64,000 nucleotides of DNA from a virus (taxonomy: Duplodnaviria > Caudoviricetes). This document shows positions 1 to 10,178 of this stretch, piece by piece. How positions within the stretch are numbered: position 1 is the stretch's first letter; the number at the start of each line of letters is the position of its first letter. Below the pieces are notes generated by a model. The model was not told where the DNA came from. It saw only the letters and a list, made by a program, of their open reading frames with translations, and made no database searches. The position numbers and the translations under genes were made by a program. The stretch lies in the IMG/VR virus record IMGVR_UViG_3300029288_000065, positions 96,001 to 160,000 of that record; one strand, given 5' to 3'.

Positions 1-3
1 GAA

Positions 4-1779
4 TTGGTTAATCGTGGTCAGTTAAGGTATAATAAGAGGATTGGAGAGCAGGGTCTTCGTGGTTTGAAGGGGCTTCCTGGACGTGATAGGTTGAATACAG
101 GTCCTGTTGGGGCGGCGGGGGCAAATGGGAAGAATTCTGTTTGGCCTGGAATTTTATCTCAGAGTACATCTGGGGTTGCCAATGATCCAAATCGTGCAGT
201 AGTAGACATTTCGGTTGAGAAAATTTCACCAACTGAGAATTATATTGTTGTTACACGGGGTAGTATAGTAAATTCTTCTTATTGTCCACAATATGTCAAA
301 CCAACATCTATGAATTCGAAGTGGGTTTTGGCGATTGATGATCGACCTGAAACTACGACTCAAATACGAGAATGTGATGTATCAGAACAATGTGGTTTTT
401 CTTGTACTGGGATTCGAACTTTAATAATTCCTTTCTGTACTACCAAATTATATTATTTTGATTTTTCAGAAATTGAGACTTCTATTTCTGATAGATTTAC
501 TACATTATTAGAGAAAATGAAATCCGAAAAAGAAAAATTGGCTAATGATTGGCTAAAAACTATGATTTCAGTATTTTCTGAACAGAAGTTAGCTCTTTGT
601 TGTGCTTTAGAAAATTGTAATACAAAATCAGAAAATAAGCGTACAAAAGAGTATATTGAGACTCAGCGTATTGCTGCTGCTCAAGCTGGTTTACAATTGG
701 TTATTGGTAAGAAGAGTGATAATGCAAATCAATATGATGCCAATCCTGGTACACTTTGTCAATATCCTCCACCAAGTACATCTCCAAATACGCCTATAAT
801 AGATCCTGATTCAAATCAGATTTGCCCTGCATTGGCGGTTATAAATTTGGATTCCAGAGTTAATTATAATAATTTAACTCCTGTGTCTATTGATATGCCT
901 GCTGGTCGTTATTTATGTGAGATCACTGATTGTTGTGCTATAAATTATAATTATAATTCATGGGGTGGTGTTTATTGGGTTTCATACCATAATCTTTATG
1001 CAGAAAAGCATAATCAACCAGATAGAAATACTTATCCTGTTGGTTTGCCCATGTGGCATCTGGATGTTGAAGGTCCACAACACCAATGGGATGGTTGTGT
1101 TCCTGGACCACCCTTGGGAAATGGACTTGTCAAGAATTGTTACTTCGCAACTGAAGCTGAGGCCATTGCTTCTTATAAAGGAAATAGTACTTTAATTGCC
1201 CATGGTGGTGGTATGATGCATTTCTGGTCAGGTATGGGTGATAAATGTTGCGTCAATGGACATATTCAAATAACACTGAGAGATGCTGACTGTATGAATC
1301 CGCAACCAGGTAGTGTTGGTGTAGAATGCGCTACAGAACCAGCTTTCGCTACTGATATTACAGGAGTACCAGATAGTGAAAATTATTTTTGTGATATAAA
1401 TTTGGAACAAATTTTGTGGTACGAGTATGGCTGGCGTACAGGTGCTTGTTGTGGTGTATTACTTGAAGCAGGTGGAACCACCTGGATCGTAGTAAAGAGA
1501 TCAATTGCCGATGATGTTACTTGCGGCGGTGGTGAGAGTTTAAATACCCCTTGTATCAAGGGAGCATATGAACTTGGTTTTCATCCAGCGTTTGCATTCC
1601 CAACTATTGACGGACAGGTCTTTTTAGGTAAACCGACTACTGTTCAGAGGGTTATTCGAGATATTGATTTGGAAGGTGAAATTATTTCAAAGTTATCTAA
1701 AGGTCTCTATATTGAAATAAAGGGTGATCCGCTACATAATTTTGAAGGAATTTTGTTCCCATACGATCTTGGGTCATAA
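4..1779 (+). CDS. Cys-rich putative virion structural/fibre protein with short collagen-like G-X-Y repeats (probably 5'-truncated by the window edge)
   Basis: GEQGLRGLKGLPG and GPVGAAGANGKN triplets near the N-terminus; many Cys; ORF open from the window start. Confidence 0.5.
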   Translation: MVNRGQLRYNKRIGEQGLRGLKGLPGRDRLNTGPVGAAGANGKNSVWPGILSQSTSGVANDPNRAVVDISVEKISPTENYIVVTRGSIVNSSYCPQYVKPTSMNSKWVLAIDDRPETTTQIRECDVSEQCGFSCTGIRTLIIPFCTTKLYYFDFSEIETSISDRFTTLLEKMKSEKEKLANDWLKTMISVFSEQKLALCCALENCNTKSENKRTKEYIETQRIAAAQAGLQLVIGKKSDNANQYDANPGTLCQYPPPSTSPNTPIIDPDSNQICPALAVINLDSRVNYNNLTPVSIDMPAGRYLCEITDCCAINYNYNSWGGVYWVSYHNLYAEKHNQPDRNTYPVGLPMWHLDVEGPQHQWDGCVPGPPLGNGLVKNCYFATEAEAIASYKGNSTLIAHGGGMMHFWSGMGDKCCVNGHIQITLRDADCMNPQPGSVGVECATEPAFATDITGVPDSENYFCDINLEQILWYEYGWRTGACCGVLLEAGGTTWIVVKRSIADDVTCGGGESLNTPCIKGAYELGFHPAFAFPTIDGQVFLGKPTTVQRVIRDIDLEGEIISKLSKGLYIEIKGDPLHNFEGILFPYDLGS

Positions 1780-1781
1780 TA

Positions 1782-2366
1782 ATGGGTAGATATGTCATTC
1801 GGACAAGTCAATATTGTGCCCTCTGTAAAGAAATAAAATTTCAAAAATGGCTTCATGATAATTCCGCGAATTTATATGAAAAATTAATGAATCACCTAAA
1901 AGATAGTACTAGTTGTAAATCCAACACAAAAAAAATGATGGAAATACAGATGGATCTTGGGAAAGAAGGAAAATTGGTTGATTTGGTAAAATTTTTATTG
2001 GTTGAATATCCAATTACTATTGACAAGGATGGGGACATAGATGAAAAGGCACCAGAAATTATATCGACCCCTGGTCCTCAGAGGAGTAGGTACTTAACGA
2101 AGATTGATAATGATGTAGTTTTTAAACACTATAATCCCCATATGCTGACATTTCCTCAGAAGTTGGTAATGCAGAATTCTGATTTAAAGCAATTGGAATT
2201 GGATGCAAAGGATTTTATTACTGGAAAATTGAATACTGATTATATTATTATTGATGATAAGGCATACATAGAATATTTTAAGTTGAAATATCAGGATGAG
2301 AGTAAGAAAATTCCAAAGGATAAACGTGAAATCTTTTTATATCGTACAAAGACAAATATAGTTTAG
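1782..2366 (+). CDS. hypothetical protein (N-terminal CxxC)
   Basis: 194-aa ORF tightly packed between neighbours; CALC motif. Confidence 0.6.
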   Translation: MGRYVIRTSQYCALCKEIKFQKWLHDNSANLYEKLMNHLKDSTSCKSNTKKMMEIQMDLGKEGKLVDLVKFLLVEYPITIDKDGDIDEKAPEIISTPGPQRSRYLTKIDNDVVFKHYNPHMLTFPQKLVMQNSDLKQLELDAKDFITGKLNTDYIIIDDKAYIEYFKLKYQDESKKIPKDKREIFLYRTKTNIV

Positions 2367-2367
2367 A

Positions 2368-2700
2368 ATGGCTACAAATACTACATATGTAAAACCAGGA
2401 CCTCAGCAACCACAACAACGTCCTTTAAAATGTCCAAAATGTAATTCAACAGATATTGTTGCTGGAAATTCCGAACATAAGAACAAGTGTGAGAAATGTG
2501 GGTATACATGGTTTAGTGATCCGGATTCCAAAAAAGACGTTGTCCCTGTTTTGACAGGGGATACAAAGACTGGGAAGCAAGTTGATGAATCGTTGGTTAT
2601 TGTTTTAAAATCACCAGAAATTCTTTTGACTTTAAACCAGAAACCAAAGACAAAATTTGAGAAGCAATTAGATGAGGAACTTTCTCGTCTTGGAGATTAG
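2368..2700 (+). CDS. Zn-ribbon protein
   Basis: CPKC...CEKCGYTW. Confidence 0.65.
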   Translation: MATNTTYVKPGPQQPQQRPLKCPKCNSTDIVAGNSEHKNKCEKCGYTWFSDPDSKKDVVPVLTGDTKTGKQVDESLVIVLKSPEILLTLNQKPKTKFEKQLDEELSRLGD

Positions 2701-2702
2701 AG

Positions 2703-3752
2703 ATGGAACCAAATGAGATTGCCAATTACCTTGGTGATGATGACCATGTTGAGAATGTAATTCAGGAAGTCGTTGATATTCCAGATGACAAGCTTTTGAC
2801 AGAAGCTGGTTTGCTTGGCAGAATTTTTACTTCAGTACTTCGCGAAGTATTCCCAAACTTGGGGATAGATATTACAGATCCGACTATAAAGAGAGCATTG
2901 GCTGTTCATCCTGATATTGGAAATATTGCAAAATTTGCTCAACAATATCAAGCTTCATTGGTTGGTTTAATGCAAGCTACCAGGTCCTATATAAAGGACA
3001 AAGCTGTTACTGAGAAGGTCCACGATGTATTGAGGAATGCTGTTAAGGTTGGTGTTCCAATTATTAAGGAAGCGGCTGCGGCTGCTGCTGAGAAGTTTGC
3101 TCAGGAAATGCGTCATAAGGGTGAGGGAGATCTTGAACGAAAGACTGATAAAGTTGAAGGTGATATTTCCAAGACGGTGGAACCTCCAAAACCTGCACAA
3201 CCAAAACCACAAGATCTAACTGGTAGAGGTGACGAGTTAAGAGGTACACCAGGATTACAGATGGCTTCCTTTAACCGTATAGGTTACAAAACTATTCTGG
3301 AAGCCGAACAGCCAGTACCATCCTCAGGACCAGTCAACACGCCAAAAGCAATAGACAAACCACGTGCTGGTCCAGTCTTGAAGAGTAAAGAACTTCTTGC
3401 TGGAATCCCAAGTAACCAAAAGCCTTTGAATAAACCAATTTCAAAACCAGCAGCAATGCCCCCGAGAGTGGAGTGTGTTATTGATTTAAAGCAATTAACG
3501 GAGATGATTCAGGCGGCTGGGGCGTCGACGGGTACTGATGAGGGAATAAAGCCTCTGGATATTCCCCCGAGTAAGAAGAAATTCACTACGATCCTTTTTA
3601 AGGATAATGGTCGTCCGAAATATAAGGTTGCTGTGAAGAATGATGGTCAGAATATTCATGAACTTGAGAATATTGCAAAACGAATAATTAATGGAAATCC
3701 CCCTGAAGGATGGGTTAGTGGAGAAGATTACGCAATAATTAGACTTGGCTAG
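2703..3752 (+). CDS. hypothetical protein, possibly virion-internal (L/I-x-E motifs, Pro/Lys-rich linker)
   Basis: 349-aa ORF; LLTEAG, ILEAE. Confidence 0.55.
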   Translation: MEPNEIANYLGDDDHVENVIQEVVDIPDDKLLTEAGLLGRIFTSVLREVFPNLGIDITDPTIKRALAVHPDIGNIAKFAQQYQASLVGLMQATRSYIKDKAVTEKVHDVLRNAVKVGVPIIKEAAAAAAEKFAQEMRHKGEGDLERKTDKVEGDISKTVEPPKPAQPKPQDLTGRGDELRGTPGLQMASFNRIGYKTILEAEQPVPSSGPVNTPKAIDKPRAGPVLKSKELLAGIPSNQKPLNKPISKPAAMPPRVECVIDLKQLTEMIQAAGASTGTDEGIKPLDIPPSKKKFTTILFKDNGRPKYKVAVKNDGQNIHELENIAKRIINGNPPEGWVSGEDYAIIRLG

Positions 3753-3780
3753 GTATATAACAACAACTGGGGATTTTTCA

Positions 3781-4671
3781 ATGCACATACAAGAAGCATT
3801 TGGGATATTTGATAATGCAAGAACTTTCGCACTTAGTACCGGAAAGAAACCAACAATAATACTTAAACAAACAGAGCATTTTGGTGATACGTTGTATGCT
3901 ACCCCAATTTTAAGACATTATCGGTTAAAGTATCCAAATGGTTGTGTATTATTCGTAACAGGTGATAAATTTGCTGATGTTCATAAATATAATCCTCATA
4001 TTGACAAATTGTTTATAGTTCCAGTTAAATCTGATTGGCGAGCATCTTACGTTCATAAGTTGTTTTCTCTGGAAGGAATTGATTTTAAACTGGCACCAGC
4101 TGTAATTTTTGGTACATTTCTTCCATCGCATGTTTGGTCGCTTCCAAATATTTTCGATCAATATATCAAAAATGCTGGAATAGACGGAGAATTACTTGGT
4201 GGTAGGCAGACAGTTGCTGTTACAGATAAGGATGATGAGGATTGGGTTACTTGGTTTTTGACGAAGAATCAAGTCGATCCACGTAGAGCTATCGCTCTTG
4301 AATATCATAGTTATTCTCATAGTCATGGTTGGTCTCATCTCGAATTTCAAAGGTTTTGTGAATTGTGTGTGAATAAGGTCTACGTAATTTCACTTGCTGG
4401 TTCTCATGAGAATATCTATGCAAAGACAGTTGATGGTCGTGGTATGTCTTGGAGAAGATCGGCTGCGTTACTAAATAGAATTCGTGGGATAGTTGGGATG
4501 AGTTCTGGGATGTGTGTTCTTGCATCTTCTTGTCCAAGTAAGCCTTTCATCTTTGAATTGAATTGTCCAGATAGTATCTCGATTAGGAAAATGGGTTTCA
4601 GTGAAAATTGCCAATCTCTGGTCGGATACAATGCTGACCAAGTCATTAAACTTGTTTGCGAGAGACTATGA
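3781..4671 (+). CDS. glycosyltransferase family 9-like (heptosyltransferase-type)
   Basis: HFGDTLYATPILRHYRLKYP N-terminal motif, NPHID, GMSSGMCVLA. Confidence 0.75.
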   Translation: MHIQEAFGIFDNARTFALSTGKKPTIILKQTEHFGDTLYATPILRHYRLKYPNGCVLFVTGDKFADVHKYNPHIDKLFIVPVKSDWRASYVHKLFSLEGIDFKLAPAVIFGTFLPSHVWSLPNIFDQYIKNAGIDGELLGGRQTVAVTDKDDEDWVTWFLTKNQVDPRRAIALEYHSYSHSHGWSHLEFQRFCELCVNKVYVISLAGSHENIYAKTVDGRGMSWRRSAALLNRIRGIVGMSSGMCVLASSCPSKPFIFELNCPDSISIRKMGFSENCQSLVGYNADQVIKLVCERL

Positions 4672-5693
4672 AATTTGATGTCTTTGTTTACAATATTCCA
4701 CATAATGCCTGGACGTATTGTCGTGGATATATAAATGCATTTCAGAAAATGGGTTTGTTAAATAATGCTGGTGACATACATCTTTGGCATAATCCAGCGA
4801 ATTATCCCGCTCTATTCAGTGGCCCAGCTAATTTCATAGTAATGATAGGCCCTGAACATCATCGAAGTCAAATCTTTGGAACACCAGAGAAAAGAGCTGC
4901 AATTCAGACCTTAAAGAGGCAAACCGGAAAGAAATTAATTGCCATATGTTATGAATCTTCTGTTGATCCTTTTGGAGCTGATTCTTGGCAGAGAGCAGGT
5001 TATCCTTGGCTTGCCAACAATCTTTTTAGATATGGAAGTAGATCATCCCAATGCTATAGTACGAATGGTCTTATTGAACAATTTAGATGTTTTGATTATG
5101 TCTTCACTCAAGATGAGATAGATATGCGTTTTTTCCAGAACAATAAAATTGTATCTCATTGGTTGCCAGCTTGTTGTGATATTGATGTTTTCAAGCCAAT
5201 GGTTGAGAGGCCTGTAAATAGAGCTGGATTTATTGGTAATGTTTGGTGGCCCAGGGAAGATTTAGTGAAGTTCTATCCTTTCAAGTTTGATATAATGACA
5301 GTTCCCAAAACCAGTTTTGATTCACCAGATGCTCTTGGGATGGCTACAAGCCTGGCTCAGGCTTTTGGTTCTTTTAATATTGGTGTCAATTTGCGATCTC
5401 CTTTTGCTGGTGTTTCTATGAGAACATTTGAATTGATGGCTTGTGGGATTTGTCCGATATTATATCATCCAGCTCCTGATAGAGTGTTGAATCGTGGTGT
5501 ATTTGGTGATTGGCCTCATGTTGCATGGTTTACTGAATGGTCGCCAGATGATTCCAAGAAAATTGCTGGGTATTATACACATATGGTTGCAAATTATGAA
5601 CAGACAAGACAACATGGTATTGAAAACAGGAAGTTGATTTGTGAGAAACATACTCCAGTTCATAGAATAAATACTATCTCCAAGTGTCTCTGA
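4668..5693 (+). CDS. GT-B glycosyltransferase (CgeB/Glyco_trans_1_2-like)
   Basis: GFIGN, MRTFELMACG, KHTPVHRI C-terminal motifs; ATGA overlap with upstream gene. Confidence 0.75.
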   Translation: MKFDVFVYNIPHNAWTYCRGYINAFQKMGLLNNAGDIHLWHNPANYPALFSGPANFIVMIGPEHHRSQIFGTPEKRAAIQTLKRQTGKKLIAICYESSVDPFGADSWQRAGYPWLANNLFRYGSRSSQCYSTNGLIEQFRCFDYVFTQDEIDMRFFQNNKIVSHWLPACCDIDVFKPMVERPVNRAGFIGNVWWPREDLVKFYPFKFDIMTVPKTSFDSPDALGMATSLAQAFGSFNIGVNLRSPFAGVSMRTFELMACGICPILYHPAPDRVLNRGVFGDWPHVAWFTEWSPDDSKKIAGYYTHMVANYEQTRQHGIENRKLICEKHTPVHRINTISKCL

Positions 5694-5733
5694 GCAGTAA
5701 TATTCCAGATAAATATATTATAAGGAGACCAAC

Positions 5734-6951
5734 ATGGATCATTTGAATACCATAACTCCAATACATGAATGTAGGATATGCAATCAAGTTTCACCTTTCA
5801 GGACAGTAATCGATTTGGGAAGTCAGTTTATAGCAAATGCTTTCCATCCGAAGTCTGATCCGCCAACATTAAAAGCCCCATTAAAATTAGTTAGATGTAC
5901 TAATTGTAGTCTTGTACAACTTGAACACTCTATTAATTGTGATTTGATGTACCGAAATTATTGGTATAAGTCAAGTATAAACCAGACAATGCGTGATCAC
6001 CTTGAAGGGTTGATAGATTCAATTCTCCAAATAAAAAGAGTAAAATCAGGAGATACGGTAATAGATATTGGATGTAATGATGGTTGGACTCTTGGATGTT
6101 ATAAGCCGACTATAAATCGCATTGGTGTTGATCCTTCGAATATTAAACCAAGTAATACCAGTAAATTTATCAATGGATATTTTACAGCTGAAAACCTTGC
6201 AGACACCCCGAAAGCAAAGATTATAACGTCAATTGCAATGTTTTATGATTTAAATAACCCAAGAAAATTTATAGAAGATATTGATTCTCGCTTGGATCGT
6301 GATGGGATATGGGTTCTTGAATTGGCTTATCTTCGTGATATTCTAAGTGCCAATTGTTATGATACTATTTGTCATGAGCATGTTACTTATTATAGACTTG
6401 GAACCTTTGAGCCTCTGTTAAGTGGTTTAAATCTGGAAGTCTTTAAGGTTGAATTCAATAAGATAAATGGTGGATCGTTTAGAATCTATGTTGGTCGTAA
6501 GGGCAATTATAAGGTGGATAATGAAGTTCTGAATACTAGAGAATGGGAGAAATATCTCTTCCTAGATTCTGATAGGCCATATATTGAATTTGCTGAACGT
6601 GTTAACTCATCCAAGAATCAGCTGATCAACTTCTTGACAGAACAAAAGAGGAACGGTAAAAAGATATTTGGATACGGAGCTTCAACCAAAGGCCAAATAA
6701 CAATGCAATATTGTGGCATTACGCCTGATCTTATTGAAGCGGTTGCAGAAAGAAATCCGGATAAATATAATTTATACACACCAGGCACAAATGTTCGCAT
6801 TTGTTCAGAAGAAGAAATGAGAAATGCAAAACCAGATTTCTTGATTGTTTTCCCTTGGCATTTCCTACCTGAATTCAGAGAACGAGAAAAGATATTGATG
6901 GAATCTGGGACGAAATTGGTCGTTCCTTTACCACGATTTGAGGTGATTTAA
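5734..6951 (+). CDS. NDP-hexose C-methyltransferase (Zn-binding N-terminus, SAM-dependent)
   Basis: CRIC...CTNC Zn site, IDIGCNDG, DTICHEH, GYGASTKG, PDFLIVFPWHF; SD AAGGAG. Confidence 0.9.
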   Translation: MDHLNTITPIHECRICNQVSPFRTVIDLGSQFIANAFHPKSDPPTLKAPLKLVRCTNCSLVQLEHSINCDLMYRNYWYKSSINQTMRDHLEGLIDSILQIKRVKSGDTVIDIGCNDGWTLGCYKPTINRIGVDPSNIKPSNTSKFINGYFTAENLADTPKAKIITSIAMFYDLNNPRKFIEDIDSRLDRDGIWVLELAYLRDILSANCYDTICHEHVTYYRLGTFEPLLSGLNLEVFKVEFNKINGGSFRIYVGRKGNYKVDNEVLNTREWEKYLFLDSDRPYIEFAERVNSSKNQLINFLTEQKRNGKKIFGYGASTKGQITMQYCGITPDLIEAVAERNPDKYNLYTPGTNVRICSEEEMRNAKPDFLIVFPWHFLPEFREREKILMESGTKLVVPLPRFEVI

Positions 6952-7592
6952 TGTGCAAATTCCTCACTGGACCCAGGGAAGCGAATAAAGCAACGGAATT
7001 TCTAATCCAGAATGGATATATTCCGAATTTTGCCTGTCAACCCAAAGATTGGGACGTAGCGCAAGTCCTACCGCAATTAAATGACGGTGATATTCTGGAT
7101 ATGGGGTGTCAGGGCTCAGTTATCCTAACAAATTGTGTGAAGATGGGATTAAAAGGAAAGAAGATTGGTATTGATTTCCAAGAAATTCCTGCGCCAGAAG
7201 GGGTAACACACATAGTTGGTGACTTAACCAAGACTGATTTCCCAGACAAAAGCTTCGATTTTATTACTTGTTTGAGTGTCATTGAACATGGCGTAAATGG
7301 ATATGTTTTCTTCCAGGAATGTTCAAGATTGTTGAAGCCAGATGGAAAATTATTCGTTTCCTTTGATTATTGGGAGCAGAAATTACATACTACTGCAACT
7401 GTCTTTGGTTTGCCGTGGTGCATCTTCTCAAGACAGGAAGTTGAGATTATCATCAACATTGCCAGTAAATATGGTTTGACCTTGTTGGGGCCGGTTGATT
7501 GGACCATAGGCGAACCAGTGATTCGTCCTGGTTTCTTTTCACCGTGCGAACATAGTTATACTTTTGGTTTACTTGGTTTTAAGAAGGCCTAA
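6951..7592 (+). CDS. class I SAM-dependent methyltransferase
   Basis: ILDMGCQG, FDFITCLSVIEH, RLLKPDG. Confidence 0.85.
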   Translation: MCKFLTGPREANKATEFLIQNGYIPNFACQPKDWDVAQVLPQLNDGDILDMGCQGSVILTNCVKMGLKGKKIGIDFQEIPAPEGVTHIVGDLTKTDFPDKSFDFITCLSVIEHGVNGYVFFQECSRLLKPDGKLFVSFDYWEQKLHTTATVFGLPWCIFSRQEVEIIINIASKYGLTLLGPVDWTIGEPVIRPGFFSPCEHSYTFGLLGFKKA

Positions 7593-8039
7593 GGCTTTCT
7601 TCTCTTCCTTGGTTAGTTTTTCAAGAGCTTTCTTTTTGAGTTGGACTTTGGTCTCTTTTTCTTTCCAGATTTTTTGTGCTTCTTCCATTGCTGATCTTGC
7701 CATTATCATGAACCATTTCTTGTGGTATCTGCTGACTGGGTGGACGGCTTCTGCCTCTTCGATGAATTTATCGCAGAGTGAAAAAACAGTGTAGCTTGGC
7801 TTTCTTTGGATTGCTTCAAGCATCTTGGCTTTTACTCTTTGAGTATCTTTCTCGTGGTGTCTTTCTCGCCAGGTAGAGAGTTGTGGATTGGTATATTTGG
7901 CGAATAATTTGTCCTCAACTAATTCACCACAGAGATAACAGAGTAATCTGGTTACTTCGTTTAATCTCCTTCTTTGGGATTTTATAACCTTATTACATTG
8001 TCCATGTTCATCGATCGGTCCGCTATCTTGACAAGGCAT
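7569..8039 (-). CDS. hypothetical phage protein
   Basis: 156-aa ORF with SD; C-terminal ALEKLTKEEKKALGL typical of phage proteins. Confidence 0.65.
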   Translation of the reverse strand: MPCQDSGPIDEHGQCNKVIKSQRRRLNEVTRLLCYLCGELVEDKLFAKYTNPQLSTWRERHHEKDTQRVKAKMLEAIQRKPSYTVFSLCDKFIEEAEAVHPVSRYHKKWFMIMARSAMEEAQKIWKEKETKVQLKKKALEKLTKEEKKALGLLKTK

Positions 8040-8049
8040 CCTTTTTCTC

Positions 8050-8253
8050 CTAGCAACAACATGCTGACATTGCTCTATTTAGTGTTCTGACTGCTCGTTT
8101 GCAGGTTTTGCATGGAGGTAAAGTATTATCTTTGTTTAGTTTTACTTCAAATAAGAAGGCATCTATTTTCCCACACATTGTCTTGCCGTTGGTAGATGCA
8201 TGCCACTTCTTGTCTGTCTTGAACCAATAGATAGTGGCTGCTCCATTATCCAT
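8050..8253 (-). CDS. small Zn-binding hypothetical protein
   Basis: H...C...CKTC; coupled to the upstream gene. Confidence 0.5.
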   Translation of the reverse strand: MDNGAATIYWFKTDKKWHASTNGKTMCGKIDAFLFEVKLNKDNTLPPCKTCKRAVRTLNRAMSACCC

Positions 8254-8474
8254 TATGCATTTCCCGTGAAAGAGACATCAATATGCATCTTATCCCTAAC
8301 TGCAATTGCCTGTTTCGGCAATACAGTCCCAGATTCATGTGTTCTTGGTCCACCTGTGAAAACAACTGTGTAGAGTGGTCTTGGGAATGCAAGGTCAACG
8401 ATCTCGGAGTATGACAAAGCCTTATCCGAGATTTCATGTGGTTTCCCGTTGATATAGATCGTTTTCTTTTCCAT
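8253..8474 (-). CDS. multiubiquitin-domain (bacterial ubiquitin-like beta-grasp) protein
   Basis: IYINGKPHEI..LSYSEIVDLAF..YTVVFTGGP..GTVLPKQAIAVRDKMHIDVSFT matches the Multi_ubiq pattern. Confidence 0.7.
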   Translation of the reverse strand: MEKKTIYINGKPHEISDKALSYSEIVDLAFPRPLYTVVFTGGPRTHESGTVLPKQAIAVRDKMHIDVSFTGNA

Positions 8475-8525
8475 GGTTTGTCTTATCAAAGTCAAGGCAG
8501 AGCATAATTTCATAATCAGGCTAGA

Positions 8526-8924
8526 ATGATAAAAGTAATTATGCAAATTCCAAATAAGCCAATCAACAGTCGTGGCTTCCAATCAATGTTCAAAAAGGAA
8601 CTGACAATAACAAAGTTCCATAAGCGTGTGAAAGACAGTGAAGAAGGAGAGATACTTCAAGTCAAGTTTAACGTCCTAAGCCAGGATTTCGCTGCGCCAA
8701 ACCAATCAATGATAATTGCGATGGTGGTTCGAGTCAATGAAAGGTGGGAACACCGTCCCTCTGGGAGGTGCGAAAAGAGAATTGAACATGTAAATTTGGA
8801 TATCGATAATAAGAGATTTTTCAAGAGAAATAATCCAAAGATTACGGTGAAATATAAGAATGGCGCTGTAGTGATTGAAAGAATAATGAAGCTTCTGGCT
8901 AAGGTGATGGGAGAGAAAACTTAG
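8526..8924 (+). CDS. hypothetical protein
   Basis: 132-aa ORF. Confidence 0.5.
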   Translation: MIKVIMQIPNKPINSRGFQSMFKKELTITKFHKRVKDSEEGEILQVKFNVLSQDFAAPNQSMIIAMVVRVNERWEHRPSGRCEKRIEHVNLDIDNKRFFKRNNPKITVKYKNGAVVIERIMKLLAKVMGEKT

Positions 8925-8933
8925 GAGAAATCC

Positions 8934-9248
8934 ATGTCTCAGCATGGCGAAGAACTAATCAGAGCCTGCACAGAACTAAGAATCCTGGAAGAGAACCACG
9001 CCGAGCACATCAAAGGTTGGAGATGTGGATTCTTCCCAGATGAGGATGTGCTGAAATATGCTCACGGAGAAGTAACAGAACTTGAAGAAGCACCAGATGA
9101 CATCAACGAAATGGCTGATGCACTAATCTGCCTGTTCTCCTATAGCGTAAGAAAGAAATGGAATATAGATGATGTGGGTAAAGCGATTCAATATAAATTA
9201 CGGAAGAGATTTAAAGACGTAGACAAACTCGTCTCAGGAAAATCTTGA
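8934..9248 (+). CDS. MazG-like/DUF550-type dNTP pyrophosphohydrolase
   Basis: GEVTELEEAPDDINEMAD = ExxE...ExxD all-alpha NTP-PPase motif; SD AGGAG. Confidence 0.7.
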   Translation: MSQHGEELIRACTELRILEENHAEHIKGWRCGFFPDEDVLKYAHGEVTELEEAPDDINEMADALICLFSYSVRKKWNIDDVGKAIQYKLRKRFKDVDKLVSGKS

Positions 9249-10178
9249 GATAATTGTTGTCAACTCGTTTGCCATATTCTGTGGATTCCAAGCATCATAG
9301 AAAGGCTGAAGTGGTACAAACCCACTGGCAACAATCTCAGGAATCGTTCTATCCTCAATACAAATCGAAGGTTTTGCATTCCAAAGATGCCTAAACATAT
9401 AGGTCTTATTCACGATTATTGGACGCTTTACTGCCAGAGCATAATCAATAGTACTGGAAATACCACGGTGCATTTCGTGGTAAAGGAAGATATTTGCTGT
9501 ATTGGCAGCTAAGAACTGGAGTAATCCCAATGGGGTTAAGAAATCGTGACTTGGGATAATCTTGATCCCAGGTTTCGTGATAACGCTTTGTGATTCTTGA
9601 ATTCTTGCTCTTGCTTCAGCGCCTGTTGGGTCAAAGAACTTACTATATCCAATGTGCATTTTAATTATTGCTTCGTCATATTTTTCTTGAATTTTTTGAA
9701 CTACAATCGGGAATCCTTTATTTTGGAACCCAAATCCAAATGTACCAAATGTTGGGATTGTTGGGATCGGATAAGGATTACCATATTGATAAATTGGTCG
9801 ACTGAATTTGGAGATGTGTGGATTTCCTGCTTGTAGTGTTGGGTCACTGGCAATTAGGTGGTGGAATGCACCAGGCCCTGTAGTTTGAGCGATTTCGTGG
9901 GTTATTTCATGGTAAATCCCGATACAAAGTCGTTTTGTCGCTTTGATTAAGTCAAGTCCGACCCAGGGCATTGTTGTTGGGTGGTAATTAAAAATTATTG
10001 CGTGTGGTTTGATACTTCCTACTGCTCTTAGTACATCTGCTGCTGATGCACAATATGAGATGTGCCAATTATAATGTGATTGTGCTGAGTAGAGGAGATT
10101 ATAGACGTTTACACCGAATTGGTATACTCCGCAGGCACTTTCTGTACTGTTTATTATCAGAACATCTTTTGCGCTCAT
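9234..10178 (-). CDS. GT-B glycosyltransferase-like protein
   Basis: CGVYQFG, FGTFGFGFQNKGF, GISSTIDYALAVKRPI; SD GAGGGA before ATG 10178. Confidence 0.65.
   Translation of the reverse strand: MSAKDVLIINSTESACGVYQFGVNVYNLLYSAQSHYNWHISYCASAADVLRAVGSIKPHAIIFNYHPTTMPWVGLDLIKATKRLCIGIYHEITHEIAQTTGPGAFHHLIASDPTLQAGNPHISKFSRPIYQYGNPYPIPTIPTFGTFGFGFQNKGFPIVVQKIQEKYDEAIIKMHIGYSKFFDPTGAEARARIQESQSVITKPGIKIIPSHDFLTPLGLLQFLAANTANIFLYHEMHRGISSTIDYALAVKRPIIVNKTYMFRHLWNAKPSICIEDRTIPEIVASGFVPLQPFYDAWNPQNMANELTTIISRFS

Noticed and set aside
3750-3815. TAG-GTA context at the stop of gene 2703..3752
   Set aside because: Read-through would add only about 20 unremarkable residues overlapping the next gene; no further support.
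8922-8936. In-frame fusion by amber read-through (8526->8934; likewise 18563->18824)
   Set aside because: TAGGAG doubles as the SD and the 9-nt spacing is ordinary. Other TAG-SD junctions (8050, 15129) are out of frame, so chance explains it.
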